From assembly GCA_020639315.1 (NCBI GenBank), contig JACKGM010000001.1:310767-374766 (forward strand): DNA of 64,000 nucleotides, in the 5' to 3' direction. The notes below the pieces were generated by a model. The model had not been told where the DNA came from. It worked only from the letters and a program-made list of their open reading frames with translations, and searched no databases. This stretch comes from Candidatus Nomurabacteria bacterium. Lineage in GTDB: Bacteria > Patescibacteriota > Saccharimonadia > JAGOAT01. Position 1 is the first letter of the stretch. Each line of letters begins with the position of its first letter. This document shows, in pieces, positions 1 through 8,706 of the stretch. The translations under genes were made by a program, and so were the position numbers.

Positions 1-1
1 T

Positions 2-277
2 CAGGTTTTGGGACTACTTATCTGGTATATGACTACCTTGGTCAAAATTGGTTTTGTTGAAGATACGAAGGCGCTCGAAGGTCTAGGTGTCAAGGCCTTT
101 AATCACCGACAGTATCAGAAGACAGCTACTAGACTGGGCAAAAAAAACCTAGAAAAACTACTAGACCAATTGATATCAGCTGACAAGCTCCATAAAAGTT
201 CTTCAGTTGAGGTTCGCTTTGCGGTAGAAAGATTCGTCTTCGAATTTCAGCAAATTCTCAGCAATCAACCAATCTGA
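2..277 (+). CDS. 3' end of a gene cut by the window edge; its C-terminus resembles DNA polymerase III delta subunit (HolA)
   Basis: The frame is open from position 2 to the TGA at 275-277. The pattern LEKLLDQLISADKLHKSS..VRFAVERF looks HolA-C-like by eye only. Confidence 0.35.
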   Translation, partial: QVLGLLIWYMTTLVKIGFVEDTKALEGLGVKAFNHRQYQKTATRLGKKNLEKLLDQLISADKLHKSSSVEVRFAVERFVFEFQQILSNQPI

Positions 278-336
278 TCAGTATATTAGATATTTTTTCA
301 CCTCAAAAAATCGGCCAGGAATCGACCAGGTCGACC

Positions 337-423
337 AGGTGTCACCGTACAAAGTAGCTAACTTATTGCATAATTAAGATATGGAAGCAATTTTAAGGCT
401 AAAAAATGGCTTGAGGTGTCACC
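337..423 (+). repeat. 87-bp element, copy A, bounded by two GGTGTCACC palindromes (338-346 and 415-423)
   Basis: Its block structure is the same length as the copy at 30329-30415: conserved AGGTGTCACCGTACAAA, 9 variable nt, conserved TTATKGCATAATT, 36 variable nt, conserved TGAGGTGTCACC. Confidence 0.6.
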
Positions 424-451
424 TTGCATGAGGTGGGTAGGCATAAGAGGG

Positions 452-480
452 TTGGAGAGACTTGTAAAGTCTAGTAAAAT
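452..480 (+). promoter_or_regulatory. Putative promoter TTGGAG-N17-TAAAAT; the -10 box ends 6 nt before the ATG at 487, implying a leaderless mRNA
   Basis: Hexamers at 452-457 and 475-480. There is no Shine-Dalgarno sequence before 487. Confidence 0.35.
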
Positions 481-486
481 GGTAGT

Positions 487-1233
487 ATGGGTCAATACAA
501 GGTGCCTCAAAATGTGGAAAGTGAAGATAAGATTGTCGGTCCTCTTTCGCTTAAGCAACTAATTTATGTCTTGATTGGGCTGGCGATTATTGGGTTGGCT
601 TGGTTTACTATTGCTGATCCTACAGGAAACTACATATTGTTTGCAATTATCGCTTTGTTTTTGGGTGGGCCTTTTTTGGCTTTGGGATTTCTCAATCGCG
701 AAGAACAAAGCTTTGAAAACTATATGGTAGCTTGGATTAGATTTGTCGCAATTCCTCGTAAGAGGATTTGGCTCAAACAGTCAGTTGAAGACATTGTTAT
801 CACTAACACTCAGCCGGAACAAGTTGACAGTAGTGATCAGCCAGAGGTTGAGAAGGGTCAGCTAGCCAAACTAGCCATGATTGTAGATACACGAGGGGGT
901 ACTAGAAAAAATCCTACTATTCAGATAGAAGATCAAGCATCTGACCAGTTGGCAGCCCGGGTCAATGGCCCAATCAGCCAGGCAAGCAATACGCCGGAAG
1001 TATTCCCTGGAGATGATCTACTCGATATTGAAGGACACAGACAGACTGGCAAGGTCGATCAGATGCTAGCAGTGGCAAACCAGAATCGGATAAGTAACCT
1101 TGAAAAACAGTTGTCAGCTAATAGCAATACAGCTTATCAACCCGAGACCAATCATTCTCCAGATCTTCAGCAGTATATTGCCAAAGACGCCTTGACAGTA
1201 GAGCAATTATCGAGACAATTAAATAATGGCTAA
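487..1233 (+). CDS. PrgI-family / VirB3-like T4SS membrane protein
   Basis: The N-terminus YKVPQNVESEDKIVGPLSLKQLIYVLIG is followed by two TM helices, typical of PrgI-family proteins encoded just upstream of VirB4 in Gram-positive-type T4SS. Confidence 0.6.
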   Translation: MGQYKVPQNVESEDKIVGPLSLKQLIYVLIGLAIIGLAWFTIADPTGNYILFAIIALFLGGPFLALGFLNREEQSFENYMVAWIRFVAIPRKRIWLKQSVEDIVITNTQPEQVDSSDQPEVEKGQLAKLAMIVDTRGGTRKNPTIQIEDQASDQLAARVNGPISQASNTPEVFPGDDLLDIEGHRQTGKVDQMLAVANQNRISNLEKQLSANSNTAYQPETNHSPDLQQYIAKDALTVEQLSRQLNNG

Positions 1234-2014
1234 ACAAAGTCAAACTCAACAATCTAGTAGCCAACAGCTCAAAAGCACCCAGAGTCATTTGCCATTTTCT
1301 GAGATTAAGGACAATCTAGTGATTATGAAAGACGGCTCGATGCGTTCAATCATTCTTGCTTCACCTGTCAACTTTGACTTGATGAGTCCACAAGAGCGAG
1401 ATAGTGTCGAGTACGCTTATCAAGGATTTTTGAATGGACTCCACTTTCCAGTCCAGATTATAATTCGCTCTAGACATGTGGATCTGGATGGTTATCTAGA
1501 AAAACTTGAGCAAATCAAAAGCCAACATTACAATCTATTGCTAGCGGACTTGATGGGGGAATACATCTATAATATTCGTTTGTTGCTCGAACAAGTCAAT
1601 ATTATGCGTAAGGAGTTTTATGTAATTGTCCCTTATTATATCGACGGAGTTGCTAAAGCTAGGGACAATGTATTGACCAAGATTAGTTCAATCTTCAAGC
1701 CAAATCAGCAAGTCAGTCAAACTAGTCAAGAATATCAAGAGCATCGAAGGGATTTGGTTCAAAGAACCAATATGGTTAGTCAAAATCTAGCCCAGATGGG
1801 GATTAGAACTGCTACTCTGAATACCCGTGAAATTATCGAACTATTCTATAGCTCCTATAACCCCGATGAGGCAAGAAGTCAAGAACTAACCGCACCAGAA
1901 GAATTGACCGGGGATTATGTAGCCCGCAAGAGCAACCTTGAGAAGCCAGCAAGTCAACCTCTGGTCAGGGAGCCAGATGACTTATTTGAAGCAGCGAGGT
2001 CAAAAAATGGCTAA
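1226..2014 (+). CDS. Hypothetical T4SS-cluster protein; its N-terminal half resembles the N-domain of Gram-positive VirB4/TrsE-like ATPases
   Basis: The start overlaps the upstream stop as ATGGCTAA. The segment LPFSEIKDNLVIMKDGSMRSIILASPVNFDLMSPQERDSVEYAYQGFLNGL fits the VirB4 N-domain pattern. No ATPase motifs are present. Confidence 0.5.
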   Translation: MAKQSQTQQSSSQQLKSTQSHLPFSEIKDNLVIMKDGSMRSIILASPVNFDLMSPQERDSVEYAYQGFLNGLHFPVQIIIRSRHVDLDGYLEKLEQIKSQHYNLLLADLMGEYIYNIRLLLEQVNIMRKEFYVIVPYYIDGVAKARDNVLTKISSIFKPNQQVSQTSQEYQEHRRDLVQRTNMVSQNLAQMGIRTATLNTREIIELFYSSYNPDEARSQELTAPEELTGDYVARKSNLEKPASQPLVREPDDLFEAARSKNG

Positions 2015-3806
2015 GAATAAGACAGCCCAATCAAGACCCGATCAGAAAATGATCGATCGTAAGCTCGCGAGGCAGGCAAGGGCTAAACAGATCTACGAAA
2101 AAGGGATGCTCGGTATTAGGGATATCATTGCCCCTTCTTCATTTGAGATAGAGAGTAATCATATTCGTTTGGGTAAGGTGATGATTAGGACAATTTTTAT
2201 CTTTGGCTATCCACGGTCACTTTTTACAGGTTGGTTGTCCCCGATAATCAATCTAGATGAGATAGTTGACATTAGCCTCAATATTGTACCAGTCGAGACC
2301 AAGGTCGTTTTGACTAATCTCAAGAAAAAAGTTGCCCAGCTCGAGGCCAGCTATAATATTAATCGAGAGAAAGGTCGAGTCAGAGATCCTCAGCTCGAGG
2401 CTTCGATCCAGGATGCCGAAGAATTAAGAGACAGATTGCAGATCGGGGAAGAAAGATTTTACCGGTTTGGATTATATATCACAATCTATGGTAAAGATTT
2501 GGAGGAATTGGATTTTATCTCTAGAAGGATAGAAAGTATTTTGGCCAATAGTCTAGTCTATACCAAGCCAGCTACTATTCAAATGGAACAAGGGTTCAAC
2601 TCGACATTGCCAATCGGGAGTGATCAGATGGGGATTTATCGCAATATGAATACTGGCGCTTTATCGACTTGTTTCCCTTTTACAACTGCGGAGCTTAGTC
2701 ATAATGATGGGATACTCTATGGGATCAACCGTCACAACAATGGCCTAGTGTTATTCAATCGATTTGCCTTAGAAAACTACAATATGGTAGTATTTGCGAC
2801 TTCTGGTGCGGGTAAGAGTTTTGCCGTCAAGCTTGAGGCACTGAGACAGCTAATGATGGGAACAGAGATTATCGTAATTGATCCCGAGAACGAATATGCT
2901 GGACTTTGTGAAGCAGTCGGAGGAAGCTTTATCAAGGTCTCACTTGCTAGCGATAGTCAGATTAATCCATTTGATCTTCCTCAGGTGGTAGATAGCGAGG
3001 AGGCAGACAATGCTTTGAGAGCTAATATTATTATGCTGCATGGGATGCTCAGGCTGATGATGGGGGAAATGACCTCAAATGAGGAGGCTGACTTGGACTT
3101 AGCCCTCATCAACACTTATGCTCACAAGGGGATTACCAATGACCCATTGACTCATCAGAGTCAGCCACCAACAATCATTGATCTTTATAATGTACTCGCA
3201 TCGATGCAAGGCTCGACAGGCCCACAGCTAGCAGCTAAGCTCAGACGCTACGTCGAAGGAACATTTTCTGGGATATTTTCTCATCAGTCCAATGTCGATA
3301 TGAATAACAACTTTGTGGTATTTAATATTCGTGACCTTGAGGATGAACTGAGGCCAATCGCGATGTATATCATCCTTAACTTTATCTGGAACAAGGTCAA
3401 ATCTGAGTCCAAGCGAAGGATCTTGGTCGTGGATGAAGCTTGGATTATGATGCAGTATCAGGATTCAGCTCAATTTTTGTTTTCGGTAGCCAAAAGAGCT
3501 AGGAAGTACAACCTAGGCCTTACTACTATTTCTCAAGATGTTGAAGACTTCTTGAGTACCAGACTAGGTCGGGCAATCGTCAGTAACGCTTCTTTGCAAC
3601 TTTTGCTCAAGCAAAATCCAAGCTCGGTGGATATTATCGCTGATACTTTCAAGCTAACTAGTGAGGAAAAAAAACGCCTCAGCCAGTTTCCAGTCGGAGA
3701 AGGACTGTTTTTTGCTGGGCTAAGTCATATCGTAATCCAAATCCTAGCGTCGCCGACTGAGGAACAATTTATTACTACAGACCCGAATAAGGGGTGGAAG
3801 GGTTAG
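2007..3806 (+). CDS. virB4: VirB4/TrsE-like T4SS ATPase
   Basis: Walker A is FATSGAGKSFAV and Walker B is RILVVDEAW, with a VirB4-type N-domain (YPRSLFTGWLSPIINL). I prefer the ATG at 2007 (GAGG upstream, ATGGCTAA overlap with the upstream stop) over the ORF-track start at 1938. Confidence 0.85.
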   Translation: MAKNKTAQSRPDQKMIDRKLARQARAKQIYEKGMLGIRDIIAPSSFEIESNHIRLGKVMIRTIFIFGYPRSLFTGWLSPIINLDEIVDISLNIVPVETKVVLTNLKKKVAQLEASYNINREKGRVRDPQLEASIQDAEELRDRLQIGEERFYRFGLYITIYGKDLEELDFISRRIESILANSLVYTKPATIQMEQGFNSTLPIGSDQMGIYRNMNTGALSTCFPFTTAELSHNDGILYGINRHNNGLVLFNRFALENYNMVVFATSGAGKSFAVKLEALRQLMMGTEIIVIDPENEYAGLCEAVGGSFIKVSLASDSQINPFDLPQVVDSEEADNALRANIIMLHGMLRLMMGEMTSNEEADLDLALINTYAHKGITNDPLTHQSQPPTIIDLYNVLASMQGSTGPQLAAKLRRYVEGTFSGIFSHQSNVDMNNNFVVFNIRDLEDELRPIAMYIILNFIWNKVKSESKRRILVVDEAWIMMQYQDSAQFLFSVAKRARKYNLGLTTISQDVEDFLSTRLGRAIVSNASLQLLLKQNPSSVDIIADTFKLTSEEKKRLSQFPVGEGLFFAGLSHIVIQILASPTEEQFITTDPNKGWKG

Positions 3807-6800
3807 ATGTCAACACAAGATAATAAAAGTCAAGACACTGGTTTAGGATATTCTTATATCGAACCTTCATCTAGAGGTAAGGGGGGAGGGAATACAAAAG
3901 ACCAAAACCATTCTCCTTTTGAGCCTACACCTCTCCCTGAGCCTACGCCTCTCCCTGAAAATGAACCGATAGTGCCCATTGCGGGAAGGCAATCTAGTAG
4001 AAATAAAAAAAAAGAACAAACTAATATAGTTGAATCTGAAGATAGTCAAGAAGAAGACAAACCTCTTAGTCGAAAGATAGCTGATGGGGTATGGAAGCGC
4101 AAAAAAGGATTGGCATATGGGGGGCTTAGTGCACTAACGGTGCCGGGACTATTTACCTTAATGTTTACGCTTATGTTACCTTTTAAGTTACTTCACCTTA
4201 AAGAGAACTTTGAAGATTATGTTGGTCAAAAATTACAAGAAATTGTCCAGACTAGGATGGAAAGATTTGTAATTAAGCATGCGCTTTCGGGTTTTACAGG
4301 ACAAGGCTCAAGAAAAACAGGGCATCCTATCAGAGACTTAGTTTATAACTATCGTACAAATAAGATGGAAGCTACTCTTAAGAGTAGAGGGGTAGATATA
4401 GAACTCAATAGAGATGGCACTCTGAGTTCTATTATTGATAATACAGATCCTCATAACCCAATTCGTCATGATTATATTCCGGATGAAGGAGTTAAAGTTG
4501 GTCATGAGAGAAGTGCAGAAAAAAAATTTATTAATAATTTACTAGAAGAAACAAACCTTGATGTCAACATTGGTTCTAGTATAAGGAATGAAGAAAGGCT
4601 TCTTAAGAAGGTACACCATCGTCTGCGGTGGCAAAAAATATTTTTTCCTAAGACGCGTGCAAAGATCCATGCGGCTAAAGTTAATATAGCTGAAAATATT
4701 AAAAGTTTTATTAAAGGTAAGCCGATTTTAGATTTTTTACCAGATGTTTTAACGGAAAGCTCTGAGGGTGGTAAGAAAAACTTGTCGTCTAGGGTAGCTG
4801 ATCGGATAGCTGCTAAGAGTCCAATTTTACAAAAACTTGTAAAGGTAATCAGTGTTGGGGCTGTTGCCACAAAGGTTGTTGGATTTTTTTGTTCCCTAGT
4901 GAACGGAGTGCAGCATATTGTTGACGAAGTAGAAAGTAATCAGTTTGAAGCACTAGCCAACTCTGCAGCAGTACTTTTGACTGGAGCCGATCAAGTAATC
5001 GCAGGTGATGCTAGGTCTGAAGATGTAGGTGCACTAGTTAGTAGATATGTCGGGTCAAGTTTCGATACTAGTGTAGGTACAAAAACTATAATGACACGGG
5101 GAAAAGCAGAGGTTAGTGAGGATGAGCTTAATCCAGCAGCAAATCTAAAGTCAGAAACCGGAGTCAAACAAATACTAGATGGTTTCCTTACATTTATAGA
5201 TGCTGTAAAGCATCCAAAGGGTTTTTTCGCGAGCATTCCAGGGGTTGGATGGATTCTAGATCTTCCTGGTATCGGCGCATTTGCAGGTGCATTATTAGAT
5301 TTTAATGGTTTTATCATTAACCTGGTACTAGATCAGGGCTGTTCTATTTATAATAACAGTATTGGTAAAGGAGAAGAGTTTGTGTCAAATCAGCTGGAAA
5401 AGATTCCAGGTATTAAGCAGGCTTTGGGTTTTGTTAAATCGATAGGAGAAAAAGGGTTTGATATGGTTGTACATGCAGCAACAGGTGATATGTTTGATTT
5501 TGATAATGCTACAGACGAAGAAGCTAGTGATTACATGGGCAGTGCATTTCTTATAGGGGGAGATATTGGAACACAACAAAGTATTAAGGCAACTGGTGGA
5601 TATAAAATTGAGGGACAAGATTTGGAGCAATACAGTGATAGGGTAATAACTAGAATTTTAGATGAAGAGCGCCAAGCAAGTATTGCTGAAAGAATCTTTG
5701 CCATTGATAAACCATACTCTCTAACTGCTACTTTGTTATTTAGTTTACCAACAAGCTGGGGGCAAATGCTTGGAAGTTTACCTGGTATGACCAATGGCAT
5801 ATTCAAGCTGAGTTTTTATACTGGGTTTATTAATCAATTTAAATCTATTATCGTACCAGATTACAATCTTGCGTATGCTACCGCTTACGCCTATCCATTC
5901 AATGACATGGTACCACAGTATGGTATGAGAGTAGATGTTTTAGACTATATTAGCTCAGATGATATAGAAGAAGCATTTGGCTTAGTTGATCGTGTAGACC
6001 AGGCAGAGGCCAATCAGCAGAAGATAGATGCTATATATAGTAAGTATCATAGTTGTTTTAGCGAAGAGATAGACAAGCCGTTATTGAAATACTCAGAAGG
6101 GTGTCAAAAGTTAATAGATAATTCACCTACTATCTTTGATAAGGCAGTTATAGATGACGATGGGAACACTAAGCAAGTAAAGGCTACAGAGTTTGAGCTG
6201 GCTTCATTGTATTGTGTTGACTTGTCCTTGACTATATCTTCCCTCAGTATTAGTGCAGAATCAGACGCCCATGGAACGAAAGACCCATGTATCAGGGAAG
6301 ATATAGAGGAAGATAGGATAGTCAATACTATCTCTGCAGGTTCTGGATTGTTGGTTGAAGATGGTGGTTTGACTAGTACTGGCAATAAAGTAATTGATAA
6401 AAGTCTGGTAGACCCTGATGATATCGTGACAGTCTCAGGCGGGGGTAAGGTTAACGCTAGTATTGCAACCAATATAGAGAAATTACTAGCTGCTGCTAAG
6501 GATGATGGGATTAATTTTGTTGTGGGTGGATATAGGACTGCTGCAGCTCAGATTGAACTTAGAAAGGCCCATTGTGGTACAACTCAATATGATATTTACG
6601 AAAAGCCCTCTAAGCAATGTAATCCCCCTACTGCCCGCCCTGGTCAATCTAACCACGAAAAAGGGTTAGCTATTGACTTTGGCATTGTGGGGGGTCGTAC
6701 TTTGTGCTATGGAAAGACTACCTGTGGGCCGGGTGACCCCGAGAAAGAGGTTGAGGCATATAATTGGCTTGTCAATAATGCAGCAAAATACGGTTTATAT

Positions 6801-6845
6801 AAGCTTAAGGCTGAGGCTTGGCATTGGTCAGTGGATGGTAGGTAG
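3807..6845 (+). CDS. Large polytopic T4SS-associated protein with a C-terminal M15B/VanY-type peptidoglycan peptidase domain
   Basis: Several hydrophobic segments are present (LSALTVPGLFTLMFTLMLPF, VISVGAVATKVVGFFCSLV, GVGWILDLPGIGAFAGALLDF). The C-terminus has GQSNHEKGLAIDF and EAWHW, matching the SxHxxGxAxD and ExxH zinc-peptidase motifs. Confidence 0.65.
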   Translation: MSTQDNKSQDTGLGYSYIEPSSRGKGGGNTKDQNHSPFEPTPLPEPTPLPENEPIVPIAGRQSSRNKKKEQTNIVESEDSQEEDKPLSRKIADGVWKRKKGLAYGGLSALTVPGLFTLMFTLMLPFKLLHLKENFEDYVGQKLQEIVQTRMERFVIKHALSGFTGQGSRKTGHPIRDLVYNYRTNKMEATLKSRGVDIELNRDGTLSSIIDNTDPHNPIRHDYIPDEGVKVGHERSAEKKFINNLLEETNLDVNIGSSIRNEERLLKKVHHRLRWQKIFFPKTRAKIHAAKVNIAENIKSFIKGKPILDFLPDVLTESSEGGKKNLSSRVADRIAAKSPILQKLVKVISVGAVATKVVGFFCSLVNGVQHIVDEVESNQFEALANSAAVLLTGADQVIAGDARSEDVGALVSRYVGSSFDTSVGTKTIMTRGKAEVSEDELNPAANLKSETGVKQILDGFLTFIDAVKHPKGFFASIPGVGWILDLPGIGAFAGALLDFNGFIINLVLDQGCSIYNNSIGKGEEFVSNQLEKIPGIKQALGFVKSIGEKGFDMVVHAATGDMFDFDNATDEEASDYMGSAFLIGGDIGTQQSIKATGGYKIEGQDLEQYSDRVITRILDEERQASIAERIFAIDKPYSLTATLLFSLPTSWGQMLGSLPGMTNGIFKLSFYTGFINQFKSIIVPDYNLAYATAYAYPFNDMVPQYGMRVDVLDYISSDDIEEAFGLVDRVDQAEANQQKIDAIYSKYHSCFSEEIDKPLLKYSEGCQKLIDNSPTIFDKAVIDDDGNTKQVKATEFELASLYCVDLSLTISSLSISAESDAHGTKDPCIREDIEEDRIVNTISAGSGLLVEDGGLTSTGNKVIDKSLVDPDDIVTVSGGGKVNASIATNIEKLLAAAKDDGINFVVGGYRTAAAQIELRKAHCGTTQYDIYEKPSKQCNPPTARPGQSNHEKGLAIDFGIVGGRTLCYGKTTCGPGDPEKEVEAYNWLVNNAAKYGLYKLKAEAWHWSVDGR

Positions 6846-6847
6846 GG

Positions 6848-7801
6848 ATGCGTAGCAATAGATTGCTGATCACTACTATGATAATAGTAGGGTTGATTAG
6901 TATTGGTATTACAATTTTTAATAGGTCTGATAATGATCATAATGTAAGTTTAAGTCGGCATGTGGGAGATTTAAAAGTTGGTCTAGTTACTGATGGGGTG
7001 GATAGGCTTGTCGGAACTTACGAAGAATATATGGTTTACCAGACGTTAGATGTGGTAACCGTATATTCGTTATTCGGACAACAAATAATTAATCAAATAG
7101 ATGGTATAGCTGACTCTTGGTTATTAGGGGACGGTAGGGTTGTTGCAAATTTAATATCAGGTGGTTCTGTAATGATTAAAGAGGGTGTTGTTAGTAAAAG
7201 TGACCGAGAAGTTATCGTACTGTCAGGTACTATGTTTTACCGGGTATACGCAGATTTGGATAATGAAGATTATGGCTATCTTGTAAATCTATATTTTGAA
7301 GATGGCAGACTATTTCTTGACGGTATTCTTACAGATGAACATGGAAAACCCCAGTTATTACTTACTAAATTTAAAAATGGATATATTTATACAACTGATA
7401 ATGTCCAGGCAGATTATTTTTACTGGCATATTCTGGATAGTGAATTTAGGGAAGTTGATGATATTGAGGCAGACTTTGTTAGGGACCAAAAGTTGATTAA
7501 GGGGGTTGGTTTATTGGTTGATATTGGTAATGTTTATTATAAACTGGATCAAGATTATAATCTGGTAAGATTTGATTGGCCCAATAAAGACCTAGACTTT
7601 GAGAGTTTCTTTGAGAATCTATACCTAGACACCAGTAAAGACAACTCTGGTATTTATAACTTTTCAAGTGATAATCCGGTTACTACTAGAATGGAGCTAA
7701 CTTTAGCATCAGGACTAGTATTATCCGATATTACAGATGTAAAAGAATATCAAGAAGGGTATTTATATTTGGCAAAAGGAGCAGTATGGTACACAAGATA
7801 G
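6848..7801 (+). CDS. Hypothetical membrane-anchored protein (single N-terminal TM helix)
   Basis: 317-aa ORF tightly packed in the operon, with the N-terminal helix LLITTMIIVGLISIGITIF. Confidence 0.5.
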   Translation: MRSNRLLITTMIIVGLISIGITIFNRSDNDHNVSLSRHVGDLKVGLVTDGVDRLVGTYEEYMVYQTLDVVTVYSLFGQQIINQIDGIADSWLLGDGRVVANLISGGSVMIKEGVVSKSDREVIVLSGTMFYRVYADLDNEDYGYLVNLYFEDGRLFLDGILTDEHGKPQLLLTKFKNGYIYTTDNVQADYFYWHILDSEFREVDDIEADFVRDQKLIKGVGLLVDIGNVYYKLDQDYNLVRFDWPNKDLDFESFFENLYLDTSKDNSGIYNFSSDNPVTTRMELTLASGLVLSDITDVKEYQEGYLYLAKGAVWYTR

Positions 7802-8706
7802 TGATTTCAATCTTGGTTCTAGTAAACATCTTTATCTATTTTTTTGCAAAAAACTATATTCAACCGGTTAAAGCTGATGTCGAGTTGTGTGGGGAAGCGG
7901 GTAGAGTTAATCGAATCAACCTTGGTATCGAGTATTATGATTGCGAGGATGAATTGCCAGAAATACCACAAAAGGTAGAGAATACAGTTACTTTTGTCGA
8001 GGGCATTCCGCAGCTTTATGATAAAGAAAATAATCTTATCGAATTTGATCAGGACGGGTATCCCTTAGGTGTGGTTGATTATACAAATGTTGCAGACCCA
8101 CAAGCTTTCACTGAGGATGGTAAACCTGTGGTAATTTATGGTATTGACGCATTATATATTGTAACAGGAGGAGGCATTGTGGAGGACGGTATACCAGCAA
8201 AGTTAAGCGATGTGGTTGTCGTAGGTGCTAACGCTTGTACTACTCCCCTAATGCCAAATATTATTGAGACACAAAAGTTAGCTGATGTCATTAATGAATA
8301 CATCAAGTCAAAAAATCCAGGATCGCCATTTGTCGGTTTTGGGTCAGATTTTGTTCAGGCAGGAATGGATTATCAGGTTAACCCGTTGTTAATTGTAGCC
8401 CACGCATTTATTGAAACAAATTTTGGTCAAGCAGGGTCTGGTATTTCTAATGGTAGCCATAATGCTTTTGGTAGGACTGCTGGAGAAGGGCAACCATCGG
8501 CAGGTGGTTTTTATAAGTACGATAGTTTCCAGGAGAGCCTATATCAACAGGCTTATTATATGAAGAAAAAGTATATTGATATAGGGTTATCAAGTTTAGA
8601 ATTATATCTAAAGGAATATGCAGAAGGATGGCGAGAATATATACCTAAGGCTACAAAAGTAATGAATGAAGTAGCTAAAAATGCGGAGATGACTTGTGAC
8701 GATTAA
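7786..8706 (+). CDS. Membrane-anchored protein with a GH73-like (glucosaminidase) peptidoglycan hydrolase domain
   Basis: It has an N-terminal TM helix. The C-terminal pattern NPLLIVAHAFIETNFGQ...HNAFGR...YKYDSFQESL resembles the GH73 catalytic-Glu region. Confidence 0.45.
   Translation: MVHKIVISILVLVNIFIYFFAKNYIQPVKADVELCGEAGRVNRINLGIEYYDCEDELPEIPQKVENTVTFVEGIPQLYDKENNLIEFDQDGYPLGVVDYTNVADPQAFTEDGKPVVIYGIDALYIVTGGGIVEDGIPAKLSDVVVVGANACTTPLMPNIIETQKLADVINEYIKSKNPGSPFVGFGSDFVQAGMDYQVNPLLIVAHAFIETNFGQAGSGISNGSHNAFGRTAGEGQPSAGGFYKYDSFQESLYQQAYYMKKKYIDIGLSSLELYLKEYAEGWREYIPKATKVMNEVAKNAEMTCDD

Noticed and set aside
1938-2006. The ORF-track start of VirB4 at 1938, which would overlap the upstream gene by 77 nt
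   Set aside because: The ATG at 2007 has a GAGG upstream and reproduces the ATGGCTAA start/stop overlap seen at 1226, so the extra 23 codons are probably not translated. This is not proven.
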